A DNA stretch of 63,981 nucleotides, filler included, from an uncultured bacterium (GTDB taxonomy: Bacteria; Hinthialibacterota; Hinthialibacteria; Hinthialibacterales; Hinthialibacteraceae): NCBI GenBank assembly GCA_964449065.1. It is 3 parts of 3 records of this genome, joined end to end, with 100 filler letters (N's around TTAATTAATTAA, not from the genome) between each part and the next. Parts side by side here need not be neighbours in the genome. Positions count along the whole stretch, not along the records: positions 1 to 24,500 come from CAYVAZ010000028.1; 2 more parts are not named here. The stretch is one strand, 5' to 3'. Shown here one piece after another: positions 1-8,728 of this stretch. Every line of letters begins with the position of its first letter. Position 1 is the stretch's first letter. Under the pieces are notes generated by a model that had not been told where the DNA came from, made no database searches, and was given only the letters and a program-made list of their open reading frames with translations. A program made the translations under genes and the position numbers.

Positions 1-90
1 TAGCCTCCCCCATTGCATTGGGGGAGGAATGAAAAAATCGATTCGATTTTTTGAAAATGCACTTCATATCGCTGACCTGTTACCCTTTTT

Positions 91-2112
91 CTAGCCCGTA
101 TATCTTCTCCAACCCATCCGGCCCAAAATCCCAGCCAAAGCCAATCCCAGCATCCACGGAATAAAGAAGATCATTGTTGAAATTACCGCGGCCGCTATCC
201 CCGTCATGATCGAGCACGAATACAGAAACACCGCTCCGGCATCCCTCCAAACCCGCTTTAGGGGTGACCAAACGTTATACGGTTCGGATTGCGCAATCGG
301 CTTTTTCTCCGGCGCTTGCTGGATGCTGATTTCAATGGTGGAAAGCGCGATTTGGCGGTCCCACATGCGGATTCTGCCTTGCAGTTGCTCGATTTCCGTC
401 CGCACCCGCTGGATTTCTTTTTCCACTTGCAGAATTTCATCCAACTTCTTAACTTCACGTTCATACAGTTTCAGCAGACGCTGTTCTTGGATGATGAGGT
501 TGCGCATACGGGACGCGATATCAAAATACTGCTCGGTGATGTCATTGGTGAAAATTTCCAGATTGAGCGTCTTGCCCAGTTCGTTGAGTTCTTCGATGGT
601 GTCTTCCAGCACTTCCGCGGGAACCCAAAGCGTCATGCGCGCGCTAGGTACCTGTGAATCTTGGTTGATATTGGCGTTGGAAACAATCCCCTTAATCTCC
701 TTCACCATTTCTTCAATGCTGTCTTTGGTCGCCAGCACATCCTGCACCTGCAAATCCATACGCGCGTTGCGGATGATCTTACGGCCTTCGGTCACGTTTT
801 CGTCCTCTTCTTCCATGCTTTGTGAAGTGTCTTCCACGCTTGTGCTTGTAGGTTGAGTGGTTTCTTGATCCCGGCCTGCTTGCGCAATTGGGGGCGCTTC
901 TCCAACTGTATCAACGTGTGGTAATAGTGTATCGGCTGATAATGTCACCGCGGGATGGCGGTTGCTGGTAATGCTCTCTTCGATGGATGTACTTGAATTA
1001 TCAAGTGGGGATGGTATTTCCAAGACACTACCAGAATCTCTTATAGCATCACCGTCATTATCGATTCCATTGCTATATTGAGTTCCAAATTGTTGCCAAT
1101 ATTCTTCTAAGGCNNNNNNNNNNNNNNNNNNNNNNNNNNNNNNNNNNNNNNNNNNNNNNNNNNNNNNNNNNNNNNNNNNNNNNNNNNNNNNNNNNNNNNN
1201 NNNNNNNNNNNNNTCTAAGGCCGTTTTTTGTTCCTGGGTAAATGATTTAAACCTATCGCCATACACACGCATATAGTAAACATAGGCTTGTTCCTTTTCT
1301 TTATCAGAAAGCGGCCTGCTCATATTGCTTGGTAATGCAGAGTAAAAATTTTGTGAGTTTGAAGTTGAGCCGGACGAGTTGCCCAAGCTTTGCAACGATT
1401 CGATTACGGGAGATGTTGGCAAGCCTCTTCTTAAAGCAGGCTGCTGGATTTCCAAGACACTACCATTATCCCTCGTATTACTCACCACACCGGGCGGACC
1501 GGAAATACCTCGAGATTCCGTCGTTTCCGCATAAGTCTTTTGACTGACGCTTTTTGGTTGAGACCTATCCGTGGATGGACGAACGTCTTTCAATCCTGCT
1601 AATCCGGATGCGGTTTCACCTTGATCTCTTGTAATGGACTCCCAAGGGACAAACCAGCTTGCTAAGGGTATCGGTTTCTGTTGAAACAAAGCAATATGCT
1701 CTTGATTATCTTGCGCGATTTGTTTGGCTTTTTCTGAAGTAATGGGCCCGTTCATCACCGCAAACAATACAATGCAAACGAAAAGCGCCGCCAACCCCAC
1801 CACCGGACGCGGCAGATTGGGGATGTTGAGTTTGGTTTGCAGGATGCGGTCAAACCAAGATCGTTTGATCTTAGCGGCCTGCTGGGGGAGTGTGGAAAGG
1901 GTGTTGTTCAATTTCGCCTCCATTTGCGAACGGATTCTGGGATTCGACAGCGTACTCTTCAAGTGTGATGAGACCGCTTTCTGCGATTCGATGTCATCCC
2001 GTAATTCAGGCGAGGATGCCACCCATTCGTCGATGACTTTCTTTTGCGCAGGCTCGATTTCTCCGTCGATATAGCGGGACAACCAGGTATCGATAAACTT
2101 GGGTGTTTTCAT
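91..2112 (-). CDS. Anti-sigma-factor-like membrane protein with C-terminal DUF4349 domain (spans N gap)
   Basis: N-terminal LSRYIDGEI anti-sigma-like motif, TM helix, low-complexity linker, C-terminal RKIIRNARMDLQV...DITEQYFDIASR...IEQLQGR...ALSTIEISI plus final TM; overlaps ECF sigma stop by 4 bp. Confidence 0.75.
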   Translation of the reverse strand: MKTPKFIDTWLSRYIDGEIEPAQKKVIDEWVASSPELRDDIESQKAVSSHLKSTLSNPRIRSQMEAKLNNTLSTLPQQAAKIKRSWFDRILQTKLNIPNLPRPVVGLAALFVCIVLFAVMNGPITSEKAKQIAQDNQEHIALFQQKPIPLASWFVPWESITRDQGETASGLAGLKDVRPSTDRSQPKSVSQKTYAETTESRGISGPPGVVSNTRDNGSVLEIQQPALRRGLPTSPVIESLQSLGNSSGSTSNSQNFYSALPSNMSRPLSDKEKEQAYVYYMRVYGDRFKSFTQEQKTALXXXXXXXXXXXXXXXXXXXXXXXXXXXXXXXXXXALEEYWQQFGTQYSNGIDNDGDAIRDSGSVLEIPSPLDNSSTSIEESITSNRHPAVTLSADTLLPHVDTVGEAPPIAQAGRDQETTQPTSTSVEDTSQSMEEEDENVTEGRKIIRNARMDLQVQDVLATKDSIEEMVKEIKGIVSNANINQDSQVPSARMTLWVPAEVLEDTIEELNELGKTLNLEIFTNDITEQYFDIASRMRNLIIQEQRLLKLYEREVKKLDEILQVEKEIQRVRTEIEQLQGRIRMWDRQIALSTIEISIQQAPEKKPIAQSEPYNVWSPLKRVWRDAGAVFLYSCSIMTGIAAAVISTMIFFIPWMLGLALAGILGRMGWRRYTG
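1016..1465. repeat. 18-bp exact direct repeat ATTTCCAAGACACTACCA (1016-1033 and 1448-1465)
   Basis: Seen directly; encodes GSVLEI twice in the anti-sigma protein. Confidence 0.85.
1114..1213. other. Scaffold gap of 100 N
   Basis: 100 Ns with tctaaggc on both sides. Confidence 0.97.
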
Positions 2113-2642
2113 CGGTCACTCTCCCAATGGCGTAAATGCTTTTTCAACTGCCGCCGGGCGCGGGTGAGACGCTGGTCGACACCGTCTTCGCTAATGCCAA
2201 CGCGCGCGGCGATTTCGCTGTACGAAAGGTCTTCGAAATAGCGCAGGATGATGACCTCGCGGTAGGCAAAGCGCAGCTTCTTCACAGCCTCGAGCGTCTC
2301 TTGCAGATCGGCATCATTTTGCGCGTGTTCCGCCGGGTTTGGATTGTCGTCAACCGTTTCCGGCAACGGGCCGTTGCTGAAATCATGATCCTGCTTTGCC
2401 AGCGGATCATTCTTTTTCTTGCGAAACCAATTCCACGTGCAGCGTTTGGCAATGCCTACCAGCCACGCTCCGAATTTGGAGCGGTCGCGCAGAGTGCCGA
2501 AGCGGGTATAGGCGCGCAGCAACGCTTCCTGCGCCAGGTCCTGCGCCAAGTCCGCATCGCAGGTTTTGGCGAGACAATAACTCTGAAGTCGCGGCAAATG
2601 CTGGCTGGCGAGTTCATGAAACTCTTCTTCGTGGTTGTTCAT
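2109..2642 (-). CDS. ECF RNA polymerase sigma factor
   Basis: Region 2 DLAQEALLRAY...FGAWLVGIA; region 4 YREVIILRYFEDLSYSEIA...RLTRARRQL. Confidence 0.95.
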   Translation of the reverse strand: MNNHEEEFHELASQHLPRLQSYCLAKTCDADLAQDLAQEALLRAYTRFGTLRDRSKFGAWLVGIAKRCTWNWFRKKKNDPLAKQDHDFSNGPLPETVDDNPNPAEHAQNDADLQETLEAVKKLRFAYREVIILRYFEDLSYSEIAARVGISEDGVDQRLTRARRQLKKHLRHWESDR

Positions 2643-2758
2643 ACGCTGCCCGCATCGGTGTGATCGTGCTGCCTTCTATCTATACAGTAACGTATGAGGG
2701 GTAGAGTCCGACAGGTTTTTATTGACTTTAACGGATATACATTGTCTGAATCAGGCAA

Positions 2759-2953
2759 GTGCCGCTATCTTGTGTACCTCATCGGAATAATTATGAAGAA
2801 ATCAGTGAGTTTTGGGATACTCACGATACCGCGGATTATTGGGATCAATCTATGCCAGTTGAATTTGATATTGAAATTCAACATGTGTTTCAGTCAGATT
2901 ATTTTTCTTGCATTGAAAATAAGGATGCTAAAGAGAATGAAGATAAAAATTGA
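2759..2953 (+). pseudogene. CopG/BrnA-like antitoxin remnant
   Basis: YEEISEFWDTHDTADYW...PVEF motif; C-terminal RHH part missing; no toxin. Confidence 0.55.
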
Positions 2954-3128
2954 TGAAAATCTACTTTCCGAAGCTCAAAATTTTAGCGGCTTGCAAACAA
3001 AGCATGAAACGGTAAATTTGGCATTGAAGGAATATGTCCAATACCACAAACAACAAGAAGTGATTAATCTATTTGGTCAAATTGATTATGATCCAGACTA
3101 CGATTACAAAAAACTTCGCAATCGTTAA
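2925..3128 (+). CDS. VapB-type (DUF2191-like) antitoxin, orphan
   Basis: MKIKIDENLLSEA...TKHETVNLALKEYV...LFGQIDYDPDYDYKKLR; start 2925 or 2937. Confidence 0.8.
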   Translation: MLKRMKIKIDENLLSEAQNFSGLQTKHETVNLALKEYVQYHKQQEVINLFGQIDYDPDYDYKKLRNR

Positions 3129-3598
3129 TCCAGTTCCTTCAAAACCGCCAACACTTCTTCCGTATGCCCATCCACTTTCACTTTGGGGAAAATCTTTTTG
3201 ATCTTCCCGTCTTTGCCGATGATAAACGTGCTGCGTACGATGCCCATTACTTTTTTGCCGTACATATTCTTCTCTTTGATCACATCATACTTATTGCAGA
3301 TTTTTTCATCCTCATCGCTGATGAGCCAAAAGGGCAGGTCATACTTATCGATGAACTTGTTGTGCGATGCCACGCTGTCGCGGCTGACCCCGATGATGAC
3401 GGTATTCGCGTCATCGAACTGTTTGTGGTTATCGCGGAACGAGCAGGCTTCTTTGGTGCAGCCGGGGGTGTCATCTTTGGGGTAGAAGTACAGCACAACG
3501 TTCTTCTCTCCCTTAAAATCCTTCAACGCGACTTTCTCACCGGTATGCGCTACCCCGCTAAACGCCGGAGCCGCTTTGCCTTCTGCTGGTGCTGTCAT
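3125..3598 (-). CDS. bcp: Thioredoxin-dependent thiol peroxidase (BCP/PrxQ)
   Basis: YFYPKDDTPGCTKEACSFRD motif. Confidence 0.97.
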   Translation of the reverse strand: MTAPAEGKAAPAFSGVAHTGEKVALKDFKGEKNVVLYFYPKDDTPGCTKEACSFRDNHKQFDDANTVIIGVSRDSVASHNKFIDKYDLPFWLISDEDEKICNKYDVIKEKNMYGKKVMGIVRSTFIIGKDGKIKKIFPKVKVDGHTEEVLAVLKELD

Positions 3599-3728
3599 GG
3601 GGAATCCCTCCTAACATTCATAATCGTCTTATTTTGCTCCAATACGTTGAAAAGAAAAGTGGATAAAGAACCAGAAATACTGTATTATTTGATCAGATGA
3701 TTTTACCAATATAGAATTGATGATTAAA

Positions 3729-3935
3729 ATGAAGTATGCAGTAATCATGGAACCGGCAAAGAATAATATCTGTGCTTATGTTCCGGATCTACCGGGATGT
3801 GTCGCAACAGGCAAAACGGTAGAAGAAGTGGAGAACACAATTAAAGAAACCATCCTATTTCACATTGATTGCTTGCAAAACAGTGGAGAACCTATACCTC
3901 CACCAACCAACCATTGCTTCTATGTGGATGTGTGA
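3729..3935 (+). CDS. hicB: HicB-family antitoxin (short, no HicA)
   Basis: AYVPDLPGCVATGKTVEE...GEPIPPP. Confidence 0.88.
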   Translation: MKYAVIMEPAKNNICAYVPDLPGCVATGKTVEEVENTIKETILFHIDCLQNSGEPIPPPTNHCFYVDV

Positions 3936-3968
3936 TTACAGGTAACCATATAATAGTGAGATAGTTAA

Positions 3969-4378
3969 TTGGATCATAAAGATTCTCAAGATTTAAAAAT
4001 AAAAAAGATCGTTGCTTATTGGATCGAATCATCGGATGATGACTGTCGGTCGATGGAGAAGATGTTTGAGTCAAAAATGTATGACTGGGCATTGTTCGTT
4101 GGACACTTGTCTCTGGAAAAGTTGCTCAAGGCGCATTACGTAAAAACACATGGAAGGCTTGCCCCAAAAATTCACAATTTAGCCCGGTAGCGGTATTATG
4201 CGAGTTGGAGATGTCGGACGAACACTCGGACTGGCTCACTACGATTACCTTATTTAATATTGAGGTACGATATGATGATTATGATAAAGAGTTTTATCGG
4301 AAGTGTACCCGCAAATTTACGGAACAGTGGATTCAACGTATCAAGGAATTACGAAAATGGATAAAAACAAAGTTTTAA
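3969..4378 (+). pseudogene. HEPN-domain protein, frameshifted near 4188
   Basis: YDWALFVGHLSLEKLLKA...KIHNLAR then stop; another frame continues AVLCELEMS...FNIEVRYDDYDKEFYRKCT...LRKWIKTKF* to 4378. Confidence 0.85.
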
Positions 4379-4674
4379 ACATGACCCGGGAATTTGCTGC
4401 CGCAATCCAGGCTAAATATGATTGCAAACAAGTGTTTCTTTTTGGTTCGTATGCAAAGGGAACGAATCAAGAAGAAAGTGATATTGATGTTGCTGTCATT
4501 CTAAGCGATTTTGAAAATCGGTTTGATACGCGAGTAGAATTAATGAGACTGAGTCGAAAAATCGATAGCCGGATCGAACCGCACCCGTTCCGGGAAAAAG
4601 ATTTTAACATGGATAATCCGCTCGCCTATGAAATCATAAAATATGGGCAACGAATTGATCGTGTTTCTGTTTGA
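4357..4674 (+). CDS. Minimal nucleotidyltransferase (MNT) antitoxin
   Basis: LFGSYAKG...SDIDVAV; overlaps the HEPN 3' end. Confidence 0.9.
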   Translation: MDKNKVLNMTREFAAAIQAKYDCKQVFLFGSYAKGTNQEESDIDVAVILSDFENRFDTRVELMRLSRKIDSRIEPHPFREKDFNMDNPLAYEIIKYGQRIDRVSV

Positions 4675-4680
4675 ATTCAT

Positions 4681-5487
4681 CTAAAACGATATCGAACAAG
4701 CCTGCTCGTAGTCAATCAGTTCCGTGATCGTCGGGTTCTCGCCGCACACCGCGCAGGACTTATCGCGCGGCACTTTTACTTTGCGGAAGTTCATTTCCAG
4801 CGCGTCGAAGATCAGCATCTTGCCTGTGAGCGTTTCACCGATATTTAAAATCACTTTAATCGCTTCGGTGGCTTGCAGGGTTCCCATGACCCCGGCGACC
4901 GCGCCCAAGATTCCTGCCTCTTGACAGCTGGGCACCATGCCTTCAGGCGGCGGTTCGGGGAACAAGCAGCGGTAGCAGGGGCCTTCACCCGGTTTAATCG
5001 TAAGAATCTGCCCTTCAAAGCGGAAAATCCCTGCGTGTACCAAAGGCTTTTTTGCCATGACACAGGCATCGTTGATCAAAAAGCGGGTAGGGAAGTTATC
5101 GGTGCCGTCAAGCACAACATCATACTGTTCGATCAGTTCCATAATGTTGGTCGAATCCACCCGCATGGCGTGCTCGACCACTTGAACATCCGGATTCAAT
5201 TCACGCACGCGGTCTCCGGCTGATTTGGTTTTGTGGATACCGACCGTTGCGGTCGAATGGATGATCTGACGCTGTAAGTTGGAGAAATCCACAACGTCGT
5301 CATCCACCAAACCGATGGTACCGACACCGGCCGCGGCAAGATACATAATGGCGGGCGAACCCAGGCCGCCCGAACCGATGCACAGCACCTTGCTGGCCAG
5401 TATTTTTCTTTGCCCTTTGCCGCCTACTTTCGGCAGGATGATATGGCGGCTGTAGCGTTCGATCTGTTGATCGGTTAATCCAAACAT
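4681..5487 (-). CDS. moeB: ThiF/MoeB-family sulfur-carrier adenylyltransferase (no rhodanese domain)
   Basis: RYSRHI, GSGGLGS, SNLQRQ, DGTDNF, CYRC and CAVC Zn motifs. Confidence 0.93.
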   Translation of the reverse strand: MFGLTDQQIERYSRHIILPKVGGKGQRKILASKVLCIGSGGLGSPAIMYLAAAGVGTIGLVDDDVVDFSNLQRQIIHSTATVGIHKTKSAGDRVRELNPDVQVVEHAMRVDSTNIMELIEQYDVVLDGTDNFPTRFLINDACVMAKKPLVHAGIFRFEGQILTIKPGEGPCYRCLFPEPPPEGMVPSCQEAGILGAVAGVMGTLQATEAIKVILNIGETLTGKMLIFDALEMNFRKVKVPRDKSCAVCGENPTITELIDYEQACSISF

Positions 5488-5507
5488 ATAGGTTTACCTT
5501 TTACGGC

Positions 5508-5783
5508 TCATCCACCTGCTATGGCGGGGATAATCGAAACTTCGTCGCCGTCTTTCAATTCGGTTTCTTCGCTTTTCAAAAAACGGATATCTTCATCGTT
5601 GACATAGAGGTTCACAAAACGGCGCAGATTGCCGTTCTCATCGCACAAGCGTTCTTTGATTCCCTCGCATTGACCTTCCAACTCGTCAATCATTTCGTTA
5701 ATGTTGCTGGCTTCCACCTCTACGGCGGCTTGGTTGCCAGTGAGTTTTTGCAATGGAGTCGGGATTCTAACAATCACAGACAT
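5508..5783 (-). CDS. MoaD/CysO-like ubiquitin-like sulfur carrier
   Basis: [15 protein letters not shown]...IIPAIAGG with C-terminal Gly-Gly. Confidence 0.93.
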   Translation of the reverse strand: MSVIVRIPTPLQKLTGNQAAVEVEASNINEMIDELEGQCEGIKERLCDENGNLRRFVNLYVNDEDIRFLKSEETELKDGDEVSIIPAIAGG

Positions 5784-5812
5784 CTTTCTCTCTTCCTTCC
5801 CTCGATTTGTAA

Positions 5813-7069
5813 TTAAGCCGTTAAGGCCGGATGATTTTCCAAGTGGTCTGCATATACACTTTCGAATGAATCCAGCGATACATCGATTACTCTACCCGCT
5901 CCGGCCTTGCCTTCAACCGGTTCGCGAACTTTATAGCCGTTACCGGTGATGCAGATGACGGTCGGTTCATCGGATTTGATTTTACCCGCTTCAATCAGTT
6001 TTAGGGTCACGGCAATGGTGGTGCCGCCGGCCGGTTCGGTAAAGATGCCTTCGGTTTCCGCCAGCAATTTAATGGCATCGATGATTTCATCATCGGTCGC
6101 GCTGTCGGCAGAGCCTTCGGTTTCTTTGAGGACATCCAAAACATCATACCCATCCGCCGGATTGCCGATGGCGATGGATTTCGCGATGGTATTCGGTTTC
6201 ACCGGTTTAATCGTATTGCTGCCTTCTTTAAAGGCATTTACAACCGGGGCGCACCCTTCCGCTTGTGCCGCATGGAATTTCGGTAATTCGCCTTCCGCCA
6301 GACCAATGGTCCGGAATTCCTGCATCCCTTTGTATACTTTCGGCAGGATGGTTCCGCCGGCGACCGGAAGAATTACGTTTTTGGGGAACGTCCAACCCAA
6401 CTGCTCGACAATCTCAAAGCCATGGGTTTTGGCGCCTTCGGTGTAGTAGGGGCGCAGATTCACATTTACAAACGCCCAGCCGTATTTATCGCCGATTTCC
6501 GCGGAAAGGCGGTTGACGTCATCATAATTGCCGCGAACCAGAACCACATTCGCGTCAAAAATCAGCGAACTGAGGATTTTGCCCGGTTCGATATCGGCAG
6601 GGACGAAGATATAGCGGTTCAATCCCGCTTGCGCGGCATGGGCGGCAACGGCATTGCCCAGGTTCCCGGTGGATGCGCAGGCAACCGTTTCAAACCCAAA
6701 CTCTATCGCTTTGCTGAGCGCCACGGAAACCACGCGGTCTTTGTAAGACAGCGTTGGGCGGTTGACCGAATCGTCTTTGATGTAGAGTTCTTTCATGCCC
6801 AAGCGTTCGGCGAGACGGTTGGCTCTGTGCAGCGGGGTCCAGCCGGAATAAAAGCCGGTCTTTGGATCCTTTTCTATCGGCAGCAGTTCCCGGTAGCGCC
6901 AAACATTGCCGGGGCGGGATTGAATGACTTCGCGGGTCATGGCTTTTTTGACGCCATCGTAATCGTATTGAACATCCAGCCCGCCAAACGAGTATTCACA
7001 GACATAAATCGGGTCGAGCGGATAGTGGCGGTCGGATTCTTTGCAGTATAAACTCTGTGCGAACATCAT
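5813..7069 (-). CDS. thrC: Threonine-synthase-like PLP enzyme (possibly O-phosphohomoserine sulfhydrylase)
   Basis: [11 protein letters not shown] lysine, [19 protein letters not shown]. Confidence 0.88.
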   Translation of the reverse strand: MMFAQSLYCKESDRHYPLDPIYVCEYSFGGLDVQYDYDGVKKAMTREVIQSRPGNVWRYRELLPIEKDPKTGFYSGWTPLHRANRLAERLGMKELYIKDDSVNRPTLSYKDRVVSVALSKAIEFGFETVACASTGNLGNAVAAHAAQAGLNRYIFVPADIEPGKILSSLIFDANVVLVRGNYDDVNRLSAEIGDKYGWAFVNVNLRPYYTEGAKTHGFEIVEQLGWTFPKNVILPVAGGTILPKVYKGMQEFRTIGLAEGELPKFHAAQAEGCAPVVNAFKEGSNTIKPVKPNTIAKSIAIGNPADGYDVLDVLKETEGSADSATDDEIIDAIKLLAETEGIFTEPAGGTTIAVTLKLIEAGKIKSDEPTVICITGNGYKVREPVEGKAGAGRVIDVSLDSFESVYADHLENHPALTA

Positions 7070-7116
7070 GATTTGCCTCCTATTTGCAGTTCTTCAACCG
7101 GCAGCGCAACAAGCCA

Positions 7117-7368
7117 TTAATAATCAACAACTTTTTTCACGATAATGTGGATGGAGCCTTCATCGTCTTTGAACTGATCCAAAATTTCCTGCCCATCTTC
7201 TTTCAGGCTTTTGGGGACGTGTTCGGACGGCTCCCCCTCATCCACGACGGCTTCCAGCACATCGCCGATATCCAGTTCTTCCAAATACAATTTGGTTTTG
7301 ACGTAGTTGAACGGGCATTTCACACCTTGTAACTTTAATGTGTCTACAGGCTTATACGTAGCTTCCAT
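7117..7368 (-). CDS. TusA/SirA-family sulfurtransferase
   Basis: LQGVKCPFNYVKTKL (CPx motif). Confidence 0.9.
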   Translation of the reverse strand: MEATYKPVDTLKLQGVKCPFNYVKTKLYLEELDIGDVLEAVVDEGEPSEHVPKSLKEDGQEILDQFKDDEGSIHIIVKKVVDY

Positions 7369-7454
7369 CGTTTTCTAATCCTTTCTGTCAGCGAAATCGA
7401 TGGGTGCAACATGAAGGGAAAAAGATATGTTCATATCTTTTTGGCGTTGGGGAA

Positions 7455-7482
7455 TTAAAACCCCCTTCGGGGCGAAGAGGGT
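7455..7482 (-). terminator. Intrinsic terminator of the riboswitch expression platform
   Basis: Minus strand ACCCTCTTCG-CCC-CGAAGGGGGT-TTTAA, 10-bp stem with short U tract. Confidence 0.65.
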
Positions 7483-7502
7483 GAAGGGTTCACACGACTT
7501 CG

Positions 7503-7668
7503 TCTCATATCCCGGAAGTTACACACCATCTACTACGCTTTGGTGATCGGAAGCCAGGTTTGCTATCCTGAACTTCCCCTCCGCAGGAATTGGCACCATC
7601 GTTGGGACGTAAATCCAACCGGTTGCCGTGGCATCGACGGGCCAGCCCCTCCACCACTCTCTATGAGA
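7503..7668 (-). ncRNA. SAM-I (S-box) riboswitch with extended P4
   Basis: Minus strand TCTCATA-GAGAG-TGGTGGAGGGGCTGGCCCGTCGATGCCAC-GGCAACC...GGTGCCAATTCC...GA-TATGAGA; upstream of sulfur genes. Confidence 0.9.
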
Positions 7669-7704
7669 ATTCACTGCGCTTAAGGTTCCAGCAAATTTTC
7701 TATC

Positions 7705-7733
7705 AATATACCCAATACACTTGAGTCTGTCAA
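7705..7733 (-). promoter_or_regulatory. Sigma70 promoter for the riboswitch/tusA operon
   Basis: TTGACA-17 bp-TATATT on minus strand. Confidence 0.8.
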
Positions 7734-7823
7734 GTATATTTGTGAGAATGTGGGCACTGTGTGTTTCTTTACTCAAAATGATGAGTAAAATATGTAGGCA
7801 AATTCAAAGCCGGAGTCATTGAA

Positions 7824-8069
7824 ATGAATACCACTGCAACATACGATAAAAAAGATATTTTAAAACAAGCCGGATTTAAATTTCACTTTGATAAAGACAT
7901 TTATGTCAACCGCAACAAAAAAAAGATATTTAGCCTTGAAGCAATAGAAGATCATGACGAAAAATGGCTGCAACAGTGTGTTGATGAAGATCATGCTGAT
8001 TGGAAATTTTATTGTAATACTCCCCCTACAGAATATGTAAAACAAGAGTTAATCAACGAGGTTTCATGA
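7824..8069 (+). CDS. Hypothetical protein
   Basis: 81-aa ORF, GGAG RBS, overlaps next ORF (ATGA). Confidence 0.65.
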   Translation: MNTTATYDKKDILKQAGFKFHFDKDIYVNRNKKKIFSLEAIEDHDEKWLQQCVDEDHADWKFYCNTPPTEYVKQELINEVS

Positions 8070-8275
8070 TGGCAAACCGGCTTATTGCAGATCGACTTCG
8101 TGAAGAATACTTTTCACTTTTGCCGGAAATCAGATTGATTTTTGAAGAATTGGAAACGAAAGTCCGGCATTGTATTCTTCCTGTTATTCTAGGATTAAAT
8201 CCCTATGAACGTGTTTTCGTTAAATCAAGAGTGAAGGAATGTGAGAGTGCAATACATTCATTGCGGAAACTCTGA
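8066..8275 (+). pseudogene. Truncated RelA/SpoT-like (small alarmone synthetase) N-terminus
   Basis: VFVKSRVKECESAIHSLRK resembles the Syn1 RxKxxxS motif; ends before the catalytic DxxGxR motif. Confidence 0.5.
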
Positions 8276-8297
8276 TGATTCATTTGTTCCGATTAAA

Positions 8298-8389
8298 ATA
8301 ACTGAAATCATGTTGATCAAATCCGATAATGGTGTAGAACTTGTCCATTGCAAAGACGGAGACGACCTGTTTAAAAATTAAGGATTTGA
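8298..8389 (+). pseudogene. RelB/DinJ-like antitoxin C-terminal remnant
   Basis: DNGVELVHCKDGDDLFK; one extra A in the A-run gives KLRI*. Confidence 0.4.
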
Positions 8390-8413
8390 TCACGGTGAAA
8401 TGGAATTGAAGGA

Positions 8414-8728
8414 ATGAAAATGGTTGTTTCAAAACAAGATATTTTTTCTTCAATAATCAATAACAAAAATCAAGTCAAATCTTTCGGTGTTAGAAACATC
8501 GGCTTATTCGGCTCTTATGTGCGGGGGGAGCAAAACGATTCCAGCGATATAGATATTCTCGTTGAATTTGAAAAAGAAAAAAAGACCTTTGATAACTTTA
8601 TGCAACTTTCTTACTTCTTAGAAGATGTATTAGAGCATTCCGTTGAGTTGGTTACTTCAGATTCACTAAGCCCATACCTACGCCCTCATATCGACAAGGA
8701 AGTGGAATATGTCGATTTTACCCATTGA
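8414..8728 (+). CDS. MNT (MntA-like) antitoxin
   Basis: LFGSYVRGEQNDSSDIDILVEF. Confidence 0.92.
   Translation: MKMVVSKQDIFSSIINNKNQVKSFGVRNIGLFGSYVRGEQNDSSDIDILVEFEKEKKTFDNFMQLSYFLEDVLEHSVELVTSDSLSPYLRPHIDKEVEYVDFTH

Noticed and set aside
7519..7776. 85-aa ORF
   Set aside because: Overlaps the SAM riboswitch and promoter; spurious
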